DNA of 64,000 nucleotides from an uncultured Methanosarcinaceae archaeon (lineage in GTDB: Archaea > Halobacteriota > Methanosarcinia > Methanosarcinales > Methanosarcinaceae). Positions 1-11,444 of the stretch are shown piece after piece (within the stretch, counting starts at the first letter, position 1; the number at the start of each line of letters is the position of its first letter). The DNA lies in assembly GCA_963833425.1 (NCBI GenBank), contig CAWHXP010000003.1, forward strand, positions 384,001 through 448,000, written 5' to 3'. The notes below the pieces were generated by a model. It saw only the letters and a list, made by a program, of their open reading frames with translations, was not told where the DNA came from and ran no database searches. Both the position numbers and the translations under genes were made by a program.

Positions 1-58
1 TCGAACCTACGACATTCTGGTTAACAGCCAGACACTCTACCAACTGAGTTAAAGCGGC
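1..58 (-). tRNA. tRNA-Asn (GTT), 3' end outside the window
   Basis: Reverse complement reads GCCGCTTTAACTCAGTTGGTAGAGTGTCTGGCTGTTAACCAGAATGTCGTAGGTTCGA: D-arm, anticodon stem TCTGG/CCAGA with loop CTGTTAA, and T-loop GGTTCGA. Confidence 0.95.
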
Positions 59-639
59 TTTATTATCGAGTGTACCTTTTTTGTCCACCCTGTCGCGAAC
101 ATTCTTAAAGCGATAATCGTATTTATATATTTCGCTTGAGACTGTTCTCACAAGAGCATTTAATTTATTTGTTTCGCCACTTTCCGCTGATTTACATAAG
201 AATCATATATTCTTTAAATATGACGTAGTTTAAACATTAATCTAATCTTCATATCTATTAAATCTACTAAAAATTAGTTTAAAGTATATCTACTTTATTC
301 CAATATAGACTCCTAATTACCAACCGATGAAAAAAAATACTACCAATAGTTAATAACTAAGAAAAATAAGCTCCCGAAATTTGCTCATTGAATCCTGGTA
401 AAGATAGCCATGGATACTAATTCCCCAGACTAAAACAGTACTAACGTAGATGAATCACCAATTGAAGAAAACGAGTTCAAAAAACGATATGTAAAACCCT
501 AAATAATATAGATAACTAAATTGTGTTTCCAAAGTTGAATAGTGACATTTATTTCATAGATGTCAACTCTAAATATAATGCAACATTATTTTATATGATA
601 TACTAGATTAATTTCGTTATGAGCTTGGATATGTTTACC

Positions 640-1125
640 ATGCATGATATTTTTAAGTCAACAATTAGTTCCCGCGACAAAACCGAGCAGATTAGACTTC
701 AAGCCTTATTACTAGTTAAAAAAATGGTTTGAGGCCAGCAAAGGTTGCAGAAGATTTTTTGGTATACAACTCAATTATTTATCGTTGTGTAAAGCGCGCT
801 GAAAAAAAAGGTTTATTTATTCTTAAATGAAACATGGTCAAGGAGTAAAGTCTCATTTTAACAGAAAAACAATTTTCAAAGTAAAGGAAAGCACTTTCAT
901 AGCCAATGCTAACAGATGATGGTTATTATAGTGATTGGCAAATACAAGTCGCAATCCAATTTGTTAAATAAGAATTTAAAATCTCTTATTCCAAATCAAG
1001 GATGAGACAAATAATTAAAGATTTAGGGTACAGTAAACTGACATATAAACCTAGACCAAAAAGGAAAAAAGAAGCACCAAATGAATAATTTATCGTTAAA
1101 GTTCAAAAAAGACTCCTGATCCATA
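640..1125 (+). mobile_element. Degenerate IS630-like transposase N-terminal (HTH) remnant
   Basis: Broken frames read IRLQALLLVK..KVAEDF..IYRCVKR..EFKISYSKSRMRQIIKDLGYSKLTYKPRP; many stops and frameshifts. Confidence 0.55.
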
Positions 1126-1259
1126 ATAAGAGATTTATCGAAATCCCCATTAATATTTGCATAGATTTAATAGATAAATCCTGTTGTTCAAGCTATTATT
1201 AAAAATTTTTTAATTCATAATCGATCAAGTCTAACTCTTAATCTCTTTTTCAAGGTTTT

Positions 1260-1680
1260 ATTACCAAAAACTATCCAAAAATTACCATTGCACTTAATTC
1301 AAAGTATAAGTTCAAAATATCCTGTGAAAGCTCGCCAAATAATCATCTGGAGAAAATCGACGTAGATCGATTAAAGGGATAAATAAACGAACTATTGCCT
1401 AAAAAATGAAGCCTTTAATCAAACTTAACGCTAAGTATGAGCTTATTGTTGATTTCACAGATGATCCAGGTTAATGGCAAAAATGAATTGGGATCGTATG
1501 AGGAACACAACAGCTTCAAAAAACTGCTTCTTTGATATAAACTTGCTATCGTATCAATGCAAAGAAGAAGTTTATAATCGAAGTTTTACCCGATGGTCCG
1601 GACTCATAAACTGGTTGATTCTCCAATCACATTCAGAAAGATTATTAACGAACTCGAATACGAGTTAAAATTATGCGAAT
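1260..1680 (+). mobile_element. Degenerate ISH3-like transposase remnant
   Basis: Broken frames give KYELIVDFTDDP and KKFIIEVLP, resembling the ISH3 (F/L)AID(Y/F)TNDPYYG...FT.xVLP region. Confidence 0.45.
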
Positions 1681-2091
1681 TTATCCGGAACTCTACATAT
1701 GATATATGACTAGTAGTTACATCTAATAATAAAGATACAATTCAATAGATATAGATTAGCTATTATTCTAGCCTTATTATAATTAAAAATAGACTATTCA
1801 ATGTGTTTTTCAAAGTAATTTCAACTCAATATTTCATCATACCTTATCAGCTCGAACTTGAAACAAATACATAGGAAAAAATACTGTCTAGAGCTAGAAA
1901 AAAAATATACACCTGAAACTGTGTTTTTAGGAGAATGAGCTGAAAACCCAAAAATCTATGAATCTTTCTCCTACTTTATTTAATCAATAAAAAATATCCG
2001 AGAAAAACATTTATCCTGTTCTAACCTATAACTTCATATGTTCTCATAGATCGAAATAAAGCTAAAGTCAAAATACTCGAAATATGAATAT

Positions 2092-2182
2092 AGAGGATTT
2101 CGATAAACCTCAATTTTTTGCTGGTTGCTTATAAAACCTATATAAGTAATTTGTTAAAATTGGAGGTTTCTCGAAATCCTCT
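2092..2182. mobile_element. ~91-bp MITE with IS5-type terminal inverted repeats
   Basis: AGAGGATTTCGATAAACC...GGTTTCTCGAAATCCTCT, flanked by AT on both sides; ends match the IS5 copies at 15921 and 41359. Confidence 0.8.
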
Positions 2183-2446
2183 ATACTAAATAGATATCTG
2201 TGATCGAGGGTTAGAGGGCTAGTTTAAGAGATTAGCTTACAATAGAACTATTTAGTGTATATAATGAATTATAAATCCACAAATATATCTTAAATTTATG
2301 CCTTCAATTTAGACTTAAACAAGTTACGGCTAGGAAATTGCAAATTAGGATAAAATTAAGTTTCCAGCCGTTTAGACATAATTTAGATACAATTAAGACT
2401 ATATCCTGAATTGAATAGAAAAGGAGTAAACAGGATAGGATAACAA

Positions 2447-3454
2447 ATGGTTAAAGCAAAGATTGCAGTAAATGGGTACGGAACAATTGGAAAAAGAGTT
2501 GCAGATGCTGTTAGGGCTCAGGAAGACATGGAAGTTATCGGAATTTCCAAGACAAAGCCGAACTATGAAGCTGCAGTAGCACACAAGCTAGGGTATGATA
2601 TATACGCACCTGCTGAAAATATCGAAGCTTTTGGGAAGGCAGGAATACCTTCCGCAGGAACCATTCAAGAAATGATCGAAAAAGCCGACCTTGTTGTGGA
2701 CTGCACTCCAGGAGGAGTAGGGGAAAAAAATAAGCCTTTATATGAAAAAGCTGGAGTAAAAGCAATTTGGCAGGGGGGAGAGAGTCATCAGCTGACAGGT
2801 TTCTCCTTTAATGCGGTCAGTAATTATGATAAGGCTTTGGGTCGTGACCTTATGAGGGTGGTCTCGTGCAATACCACCGGACTCTGCAGAGTAATATCCC
2901 CGATAGACAGCGAATTAGGAGTAAAGAAAGTTAGGGTAACTGTTACAAGGAGGGCTGTAGACCCTAACGATATTAAAAAGGGGCCTGTTAATGCAATTGT
3001 ACTTAACCCCGTCAAACTTCCGTCTCACCATGGACCTGATGTAAGGAGCGTGCTGCCGAACATCAATATCACATCCGCAGCGCTAATAGTTCCAACAACT
3101 CTCATGCACATGCATACTGTAAATATGGAAATTAACACTGACTGCACTGCAGAAGATATCAAGAAAATTTTCAGTTCCCAGTCCAGAATACATTTCATAG
3201 GACAAGGTATCACTTCAACAGCAGAAATAATAGAAGTTGGTAGGGACATAAAGCGCCCCAGAAATGATATGTGGGAGAACTGCATCTGGCCTGAGTCCAT
3301 AACAGTTAATGAGCAGGAGCTCTACTTCTTCCAAGCCATCCACCAGGAGTCTATTGTAGTTCCCGAAAATGTGGATGCTATAAGGGCCATGATGGAACTG
3401 GAAAGTGAGGGTGCAAAGTCGATTGAGAAAACAAATAAAGCCATTGGACTGTAA
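2447..3454 (+). CDS. gap: Type II (archaeal) glyceraldehyde-3-phosphate dehydrogenase
   Basis: NGYGTIGKRVADA, catalytic VSCNTTGL, SHHGPDV, QAIHQESIVVPENVDAIRAM. Confidence 0.97.
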   Translation: MVKAKIAVNGYGTIGKRVADAVRAQEDMEVIGISKTKPNYEAAVAHKLGYDIYAPAENIEAFGKAGIPSAGTIQEMIEKADLVVDCTPGGVGEKNKPLYEKAGVKAIWQGGESHQLTGFSFNAVSNYDKALGRDLMRVVSCNTTGLCRVISPIDSELGVKKVRVTVTRRAVDPNDIKKGPVNAIVLNPVKLPSHHGPDVRSVLPNINITSAALIVPTTLMHMHTVNMEINTDCTAEDIKKIFSSQSRIHFIGQGITSTAEIIEVGRDIKRPRNDMWENCIWPESITVNEQELYFFQAIHQESIVVPENVDAIRAMMELESEGAKSIEKTNKAIGL

Positions 3455-3480
3455 GTCTCGAATGATAATTCAGCTTTTAA

Positions 3481-3522
3481 GGATTTTGGGTATTCAATCT
3501 GAATGTTCGAAATCCATTTTTA
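3481..3522 (+). terminator. Hairpin plus T-tract after gap
   Basis: GGATTTTGGGTATTCA-ATC-TGAATGTTCGAAATCC followed by ATTTTTT. Confidence 0.5.
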
Positions 3523-3882
3523 TTAGATACTGATTTCCATATCCGATAATTCTGCATTTTTAAGTAGATCTCTTCATTAATATGAAACATGGATGTTCAT
3601 ATACTATATTCTGCATCCTGAAACAAATCGTAGGAAATTTAATTAGAAACATTGGACAAAATATAAAAATACTAGATTCAAACTATTTGGAATTATTTGC
3701 AGAGGCTTTCAAAGATGCATCAGATCCCGTTCCCCACCTTGAAGACACTGATACCGAAAGTAGCTTTTCTTGAATGGTTCATCTTAAGACTTTCTGAAAA
3801 TACGCCTTTGGGGTGAGAATTATTGCAGCCCAACGGATATTTGTATAAGAGACATTTAAGATTATTATAAAAAAGGGATAAA

Positions 3883-4710
3883 ATGGCGATAAAAAAAATC
3901 GGTATCTCCTCACGCTGCGATAGGTCTGAAGTAATTGAAATGGTGAAAGAAATTCTTGTACATTTCAGCCCGAAGGTGCAGATTTTTGTCGCCACTCCCA
4001 CAGCTGACATACTTGGAATAGAAGGTACTCCTATTGAAAAAATGAGAGACAAAGGTGTCGAACTGATAATCAGTGTAGGAGGTGACGGCACAGTACTTCG
4101 GAATATTGCCAAGATGAAAGATCCTCTTCCGATACTCGGTATTAATATGGGAACTCTCGGTTTTCTCGCAGACGCGGAACCCGAAGACGCTATCGAAACT
4201 ATAGAAGAAGTTTTATACGGTTTTTCTTATCTAGAAAGGATGCGAGTAGATGTTTTCCTTAACGAAGAAATGATTGAGACCGCAACTAACGAGATTGCTA
4301 TAATGTCAGCAAAACCTGCAAAAATCATCCAATTTCAGGTTCGTATCGGGGATTGCCTTCTTGATGATATACGTGCAGATGGAGTGGTTTTCGCAACCCC
4401 TACAGGCTCGACTGCCTATGCAATGAGCGCAGGCGGTCCTATAGTAAACCCTAGAGTAAATGCGATAGTAGTTGTTCCTGTTGCCCCTTTCAAACTCTCC
4501 TCAAGGCCCTGGGTAATCCCATCTGACAATGAAATAACAGTTAAATTATCAGCCCAAAAAAAGGAAGCTGTCATTGCAATTGACGGACAGAAATCCTATC
4601 GAATCAGGACAGGCGATGTAGTCAAACTTAAAAAATCCAAATACCCAGCACGCTTTGTGAAGATTTCAGATATTTGCTTTTATGAAAGAGTCCAAAGAAA
4701 ACTTACCTGA
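3883..4710 (+). CDS. nadK: NAD+ kinase
   Basis: GGDGT, GINMGTLGFL, NE, DGVVFATPTGSTAYAMSAGGP motifs. Confidence 0.96.
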   Translation: MAIKKIGISSRCDRSEVIEMVKEILVHFSPKVQIFVATPTADILGIEGTPIEKMRDKGVELIISVGGDGTVLRNIAKMKDPLPILGINMGTLGFLADAEPEDAIETIEEVLYGFSYLERMRVDVFLNEEMIETATNEIAIMSAKPAKIIQFQVRIGDCLLDDIRADGVVFATPTGSTAYAMSAGGPIVNPRVNAIVVVPVAPFKLSSRPWVIPSDNEITVKLSAQKKEAVIAIDGQKSYRIRTGDVVKLKKSKYPARFVKISDICFYERVQRKLT

Positions 4711-5770
4711 TAAAGTATTTTTCAAAATTAAGTTTCTCTTTTGAACTTTAAGGATTCAAATAAGCTCCTTAATTATGCTATATTCTTAGAAATAGTATAT
4801 AAATGACTCATTAATCAGAGGTTTATCGAAATCTTATATCATTTTTCCTGTAAGCTTGAATTCTTGGAACTTCTCAGCTCAACAAATATTTTCAATCCGA
4901 GTTTGACAGAAGCATACATTTTATGATCAAATTTAGACAGTTCCTATTAATTTCTAATGGGAATCAATTTTATTTTTTAGCTTAAGTTAATTTAACAAGA
5001 CTTATGGATATATAAAATTTGAGAATATATTCTATTGGATGGCCCCCATTTTAGTTACAATTAAGCTATTACTACTAGCAAAATTAGCAAAAATATATTG
5101 TTGATCCCATTTTTCATTAAGTTGATTGTCAGTGTCAGGTTCATCAAACTTTTTGTGATGAATTTTGTAGGCATATATTTATTCTCCTTGGATTCGTACC
5201 CAATTGATTATGGCTCATTTTCCGCGGATATGTACAAGAGTGCGATCTATTCTCTCAAAATAATAGTAGCTTAAAAATTAATCGAACTTTCAATGAATAA
5301 TAGTGAGTAATTGGATAAACAAATTCTAAATTTGCGTATCATCAGAACGTTGGAAGAGCTTTTAACGAGAATAAAAAGGTACATTATGAATGCAAGTATT
5401 AAGTTTAAAGATTAAATTTTGAATAAATTAAAGCATTTGGAGGAATGCTCAATTTTATAATCATGAAAGGAAATTGAGAAAATCTGCCTTCTCTAAACAC
5501 ACAAAAGCAAGAAAAAAGTGATGCAGATACAAAAACACTATCATTTACACTTTAATCCCAATTCCATTTGTAGAACAGTTCCTTCAATAAGTCCAAAAAT
5601 ACAGAGCAAAAGGCGCAGAATTTTAACTGATTACTGTTTAACTAATTTTTGTTACAATTTATCTGCTTGTTTTCAATATAAAGTTTTTTTCATAAAGAGA
5701 AATGGGCCGTATTCTCACTTTTAATGAAGCCGGGATTCCAGTATGAATAAATAATAGTGAGTATAAACTT

Positions 5771-5806
5771 TCAACCTAAGAGTACAACTCAACCTAAGAG
5801 TACAAC
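5771..5806. repeat. Perfect 18-bp tandem duplication
   Basis: TCAACCTAAGAGTACAAC x2. Confidence 0.85.
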
Positions 5807-6363
5807 TTTACAGCATTAGCTATCAAATAATTTAGATCAAATATTATAGGTCTTTTAAAATTTAAGAAGATCCAAAATAAAATTAGAAAAACTCCAAATT
5901 CCATTCAACGATATGATTTATTGGATTACTTTTTAACCAAAATCAACCCTTTTCTTTCGATGGTATAATGTTCAAATTCATCTGAATGTTTTACCATTCT
6001 TCAATTTTATCTAGTTTTTGGATTCTGAAAATTCAGGAACAACAGAAAGATAGGAAGTGCATAAGTTAATCCCCCTAAGGAATAAACAATATTATAATTT
6101 AAAGACACTTACATCTTCCAGCACATCTGTATCGGATTTAGATAAACCTTTGCTTTTAGTGAGTCATTTTGAAATCAGCAAATCAGAACTGCTAATTCAT
6201 GGCTATATATATATAGGATAAAGAGCACTTTATTTTTCCCTTATGATTAGCTTATTTTTTTATCGGCTAGAAAATGATAATTATTAAAATTAGTTTTGGA
6301 AAATAGATTTGAGCAATAGAAGTACTTATAGAAATAATTTTATCAAATTCAGGATGACTCAGG

Positions 6364-7635
6364 TTGAAATGGATCAAAAAGTTCTTCGGAAAAAAAGAAT
6401 ATTCCAGTGAAGAAGCTGATGTCAGAGAAATCGATTTTGAAGACCTGCCAGCGTGGCTGGATGATAGTTATCAAAAAATATCCTCCAGAACAGGAAAGGA
6501 TGCTTCAAATCTTTTAAGGAAACTTGAGGTTTTGCTTTTGGAGCTTAAGGAAAGCAATTCCATGCTCTCAGAAGCAAAAGTCAAGGGAGACTTTGATGTC
6601 AGAGCTGTAAAACTAGCCAAGAGCAGTCGAGAAAATGTGACGAAGCAAATCGCAACGCTGATCTATAAAATCAATTTGGTAGAGAATACAGATTTCAGAG
6701 CTCTGAAAGAATTTTACGAGACAGCTATGAAGAACTTTGATATTTGTCTGGAGAATATAGATCGGAGTTTCAAGTATACAAAAGGTGTTTTTCCTCAGGA
6801 GTCAAAAGAAGTTAATGAAAGTCTTTCCAGCTTAGGAAGGGTCTTTAACGATCTTAGAGAAATGATTTTGGAAAACATAACGGAAATAGAAGCTATTGAA
6901 GCAGCTTATTTGGACATGAAAGAAATCCAGAAACTTTCGACTTTAATAGCAGAGGAAAAACGGGAATGTGAGTCTAAAAAGAGACTAATGCGAGCTCTTA
7001 AAGACGAATTAGGCATAGCAAGCCAAGCTGTCGAAGAATTCCGAAAAGAAGATGCATGGAATAATTTGTATAATCTGCAGAAAGAATCAGATACAGTTGA
7101 GAAAAAACTTAGGAAAGCAGAAGAAGATTTGAGTTCTTTTGTACTTTCACTCTCAAGCCATCTCTCCAAAATAAAAAAACTTCACGAAAGTGGCAGATAT
7201 AACTTGAAGCCTGAAGTGAAGCAGCAACTTTATAGCTGTCTTGAAGATCCGATAAATGTTACTTCCTCTTTTTTCCCAGAACTTCAAAAGATTTTTGAAG
7301 ATCCAACCCTGGAGATGCAAAATCAGAAAAAAAATAAAGCTCTGATACAGGTCAAAACTGCAATTTTGGATTTTTCCGAAAGGAATAAAGATTACCTTAA
7401 AGTTCTGCAGGAATTTGAAGCAAAGAAAATTGAAATCGCGGAATTGGATACTGGAAAACTCTTAGCGCTTGAACACAAAGAGGAAGAGCTTCAGAATAGA
7501 TTTCGCTTACTTGAGGAAGATATCGAAAATTCCGAAAAAAAACTAGCCTTTTTAATAAATGAGCTTGAGAACAAGAAGAAAAAACTTTTTGCTAGCATTA
7601 ATTTAATCGATAACTATGTGAAATTGAACTTTTAA
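6364..7635 (+). CDS. Coiled-coil hypothetical protein
   Basis: 423-aa E/K/L-rich ORF with heptad-like composition; no catalytic motif seen. Confidence 0.8.
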   Translation: MKWIKKFFGKKEYSSEEADVREIDFEDLPAWLDDSYQKISSRTGKDASNLLRKLEVLLLELKESNSMLSEAKVKGDFDVRAVKLAKSSRENVTKQIATLIYKINLVENTDFRALKEFYETAMKNFDICLENIDRSFKYTKGVFPQESKEVNESLSSLGRVFNDLREMILENITEIEAIEAAYLDMKEIQKLSTLIAEEKRECESKKRLMRALKDELGIASQAVEEFRKEDAWNNLYNLQKESDTVEKKLRKAEEDLSSFVLSLSSHLSKIKKLHESGRYNLKPEVKQQLYSCLEDPINVTSSFFPELQKIFEDPTLEMQNQKKNKALIQVKTAILDFSERNKDYLKVLQEFEAKKIEIAELDTGKLLALEHKEEELQNRFRLLEEDIENSEKKLAFLINELENKKKKLFASINLIDNYVKLNF

Positions 7636-7842
7636 TCTTAATTTAACAGTTTAATTTTTATGTTTAAAGACTATTTTATATTTGAGATAACTGGGGAATT
7701 TACATTCTGGACAACATATTTTTGATCCAATTTTATTGAGAATACTTGGGAGATAATTCTTTTGCCCTTGATCGTTAATTTTTCAAATTTTAATTGAATT
7801 TTTGATATCGAATTTAACAGATAATATGAATCTTGTAATAAA

Positions 7843-7932
7843 TGGGGATTCCGATTAACCCTAATTTATGGCTTGTTGGTTATAAAGCCCATGTAAGCAA
7901 TTTGTTGAAATGAGAAGTTTAATTAAAAATCT
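7843..7932. mobile_element. MITE copy (degenerate)
   Basis: GGGGATTCCGATTAACC...TAAGCAATTTGTTGAAATGAGAAGTTT; internal sequence matches the 2092 and 63156 copies. Confidence 0.65.
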
Positions 7933-8279
7933 AAAATATATGATACTGTATTAAAAGTTGAATACCAAAAATAATAAATTGAATAAAAAATGTATACTTA
8001 AATATTCTCCCTAGTATAGGAAATTGGAACTGATAAATAATCAACAATTGGAGTAAATTATAGAATTTTGTCAAGTTATTTTTGACTCAAAGATCAGATT
8101 TCTTTCCACAAAAATATTGATTTATTAAGGTAACAATTAAGCTGTTGACGTTTTCAAAATTAGCAAAGATATACTTTCTGAGCCCATTTTTATAAAATGA
8201 TTATAAGCATCGAATTAATTAGGCTTTTTTGATGAATTCTGCGAACACATGTTTATTTCTCATTCAGATATCATTAGTC

Positions 8280-8369
8280 GAAGAATTCGATAGACTTCGA
8301 ATTTTTCACAAGTGACATATATAATTTATAAGCGTATGACAAAATTCAGAGGTCTATCCAAATTCTCAG
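8280..8369. mobile_element. MITE copy (opposite orientation)
   Basis: GAATTCGATAGAC...TTTATAAGCGTATGACAAAATTCAGAGGTCTATCCAAATTCTC. Confidence 0.65.
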
Positions 8370-9999
8370 AGATGTGATTAATTGAGCAATAAATATTAAG
8401 AAAATAGCTATATAAATAGTCTTTTTTGACCACATCATAAATCCCACATCCCAAAATGTACACAAAATACATAATTATCTCAATATGCAGCGACATAATT
8501 TTCCGTAAATTCTACTAACACATGATTTTTTTATGATTACTATTCCACTACAATATTTAAAAAAAAACCAAGTAATCAAATTGTGAATTTAATCTTTCTT
8601 ATCAAAAATAAAATAATATCTTATGAATGAGGAAATATTAACCATTAACTCGGCACCTTTTTTGTAGTGAAAGAAAAATGACCCACAGTCAATAGATATT
8701 ACAAATTTTTTTTGAATACTGTTTATCAATATGACAGTATCTTAAAATAATCTGACTTTAAATGAATAATAATTGGCAAATAGGCAAAAAATTCCACATG
8801 TATACATCTACAGATCCCTGATAAATGGCCCAATCTAATTTCCTTTATTTAAAGAATTAAACACCACATTAATATAATTATTTTAGGATAGATTTCAAAT
8901 CCCCCTCGCAGTTGAGAAATCCGTGTTTAATTTTAGACAAACAAATCATCTCTATTTACAATCGAACACTCAAATAGTTCGAACGTTTTCTAATCACTAA
9001 GTTCTTCGAGCTTAGTCCTAAAAGAGCAATCAATCTAAATCAAATAGCTGTTTATTCTGAATTTTGATGGTTAAAATAAAAAAAATAATATGTTTTAACT
9101 TTTGTGCATCAATTTCCAAAAACCTACGAAAACGTGACTTTTAAGAGTCAGTGTTTTTGCCCGCACATATGAGCTTTGGTAAGTTCTGGCAGGAAAATTT
9201 TCAAAAAATGATTATTGATAAGTGTAGTAGGCTGAATAAGCCTTCTAAAAAGTCAGACAAAAAAAATTAGGACAAAATTAAACAAGTGGCAATATCAAGT
9301 CAATGAACACCACAGCTATAAATATATCATAAATAAGTACGCTACAACATTAGCAAATAATGCTACTAAAACCTGATTTTGCACATGTGTAATATCTAGC
9401 ACAATGATCACAATTATTACATCACAATCAATACCACTAAAACCAATAGCGAATATAGCACCTATCTCATCAATAATAAGTCTAACCATAGTAGAAATCA
9501 TACCTCTCATCGATTAAATGAGAGCGTGCATAATTTTCTGTAAAAATACGAAAAAGTCATAGGCCCAATGCAGTCAATACTAAAAACATTTGGGAATTAG
9601 TGGTCACTATTCAAAAGTACAAACGTTCAATACGCAGTTTCTTTTGTGGAAAAATCTATGTATTTTTCCAATTTCAGTCAAAACTAAAGGATATTTTTAG
9701 TCAAATTTAGAAAATATCACAAAAAATTTACAGAAAAATCGGCTCACTATTTAAAAACTGATATTTCGATTCCAAGTACAAAAATCACTCGATTTTGAAA
9801 CAGAATTATTTAGTAGCACATAAATAATTTGCATATAATATAAATAGAACTTACCAATAATTATACTTTCAAAAAAACAAATCAGGATGATTAATTAAAA
9901 TATAATATTTAATCATTGAATCTGACGAGGAGAAGTTGATTGGAAGACGGAAAGCATAAAACTTGGGCTAACTTGGCTGAAGGTTTGAGGAACGGACAA

Positions 10000-10335
10000 A
10001 TTGGAAAACAGCCATATGACAGACTAATAAAAATACTGATTATTTTACTGGCAGTTTTTTTTGTAGTAGTATTAACAGTGACAGTAGCAAACGTATGGGG
10101 CGTGAAAAGCCCCAAATACGAACAAGGCTAGGAAGCAGGCTACAGAGACAGTTACAGAGCCGTTGTCAACAGCAATTCTTATGATATCAAAACTGGTTTA
10201 GGTCAGAATGTTAGCTATAACGAAGGCTACAGAAACGGCTATGATGAAGGCTATCCTGCAGGCCAATTAGATCTAAAAGGCACCACCAATGGGACAATAA
10301 AGACAAGTGACATTACAAATTTTCAACTAAAATAG
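10000..10335 (+). pseudogene. Secreted GY-repeat protein with in-frame amber at 10129 and ATT in place of the likely start codon
   Basis: IGKQPYDRLIKILIILLAVFFVVVLTVTVA...YEQG*EAGYRDSY...YNEGYRNGYDEGY; the frame stays open 67 codons past the TAG. Confidence 0.7.
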
Positions 10336-10729
10336 CAAAGAGCTAATAAATCTAATCTATCTAGCTTCTTTAGGAAAAGCATAATGTTAGATTCAAGACT
10401 CCCGAAATGACATAAATTATCTTTGATATCCAATCGTTTTTTGATTGTGAAAAATATTATGACAAATTATTTTCCGTTTAGAAATTATTTTCCTTATAAT
10501 TAATTTAAATTTCCTTATAATTAATTTAAAGTAACTTGGATGAGAAAAATGGACATTTAAACGGTATCACCAGTACATAAAAAAAATGAAATTTACATCG
10601 GCAGCATATCATCAGTGCATAACAAGAGAATGGAATTTATAACATAAAGACATTTAGACAGTACCACCAGTACATATAAAGAGAGTGGAATTTACAACAT
10701 AAATTAAATAAATTGGACGTGTTTGTTTA

Positions 10730-10871
10730 ATGGAAAACAAGTACTTAACAGAACAAAAAAGATACTGGTTTTTTTAGTTGTGATTTTTTTTTGTAGCATC
10801 ATTGGTAACTGTGGGAGTGAGTGCTGCAGCCCGTCACGGTGGACATGGTGGACACGGAACATCATCACTAG
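10730..10871 (+). pseudogene. Collapsed, frameshifted paralog of the His/Gly-rich secreted protein
   Basis: Frames give (M)GKQVLNRTKKILVFLVVIFF/VASLVTVGVSAAARHGGHGGHG..HHH*; 3' flank matches that after 14853. Confidence 0.7.
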
Positions 10872-11444
10872 ATATTAAGAACACTTGCCGAGTCTAAGAT
10901 CTATTGAGTATGAAATGAAACAGTAACATGGCCATTTTCAAGGCATTGTGAATAAATTCATGATAAGTTGCCTTGAATTGATGGCTATATTTTTATTTTC
11001 CTTGAAGGTTGGTTCCTCATTGTTTTGTGCGGGTTGAAAATAATTATTCAGTTGAAAAAATTCGTTGAAGGATTAATGCGTATTGTACATCCATTTAGAA
11101 AGTGAATTTATTTAATGTTAAATTCTGGAGAGTTCAAAAATAATAAAAAATAAGAATTAATATCTAATTGTTTCTTGAGTGGGAATAATTTTTTGCGGGA
11201 TTATTTTTCGGTTAGGAACTATTTTTCATAGGATTAATTTAAAATAACTACTAGGATAAAATTATGAAAACCCTACAAATTGTAAGAAGCCTAATAAATA
11301 TCCATAACAGCAGTTGCTGTTAGTGCTGCACACAGCCTCAAGACCACGATCACTACTGGCATTACCATTGGCATCTCATCATAACGATGACTGTTAGGTG
11401 TGGGATTGTTAATAGAATAATGACAAAAACTGCAAAAGAGAGAA

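Noticed and set aside
5270..5500. Possible transposase or integrase C-terminal remnant
   Set aside because: Too degenerate to support
9316..9510. Short hydrophobic ORF
   Set aside because: No recognisable motif; may be a pseudogene fragment or chance ORF
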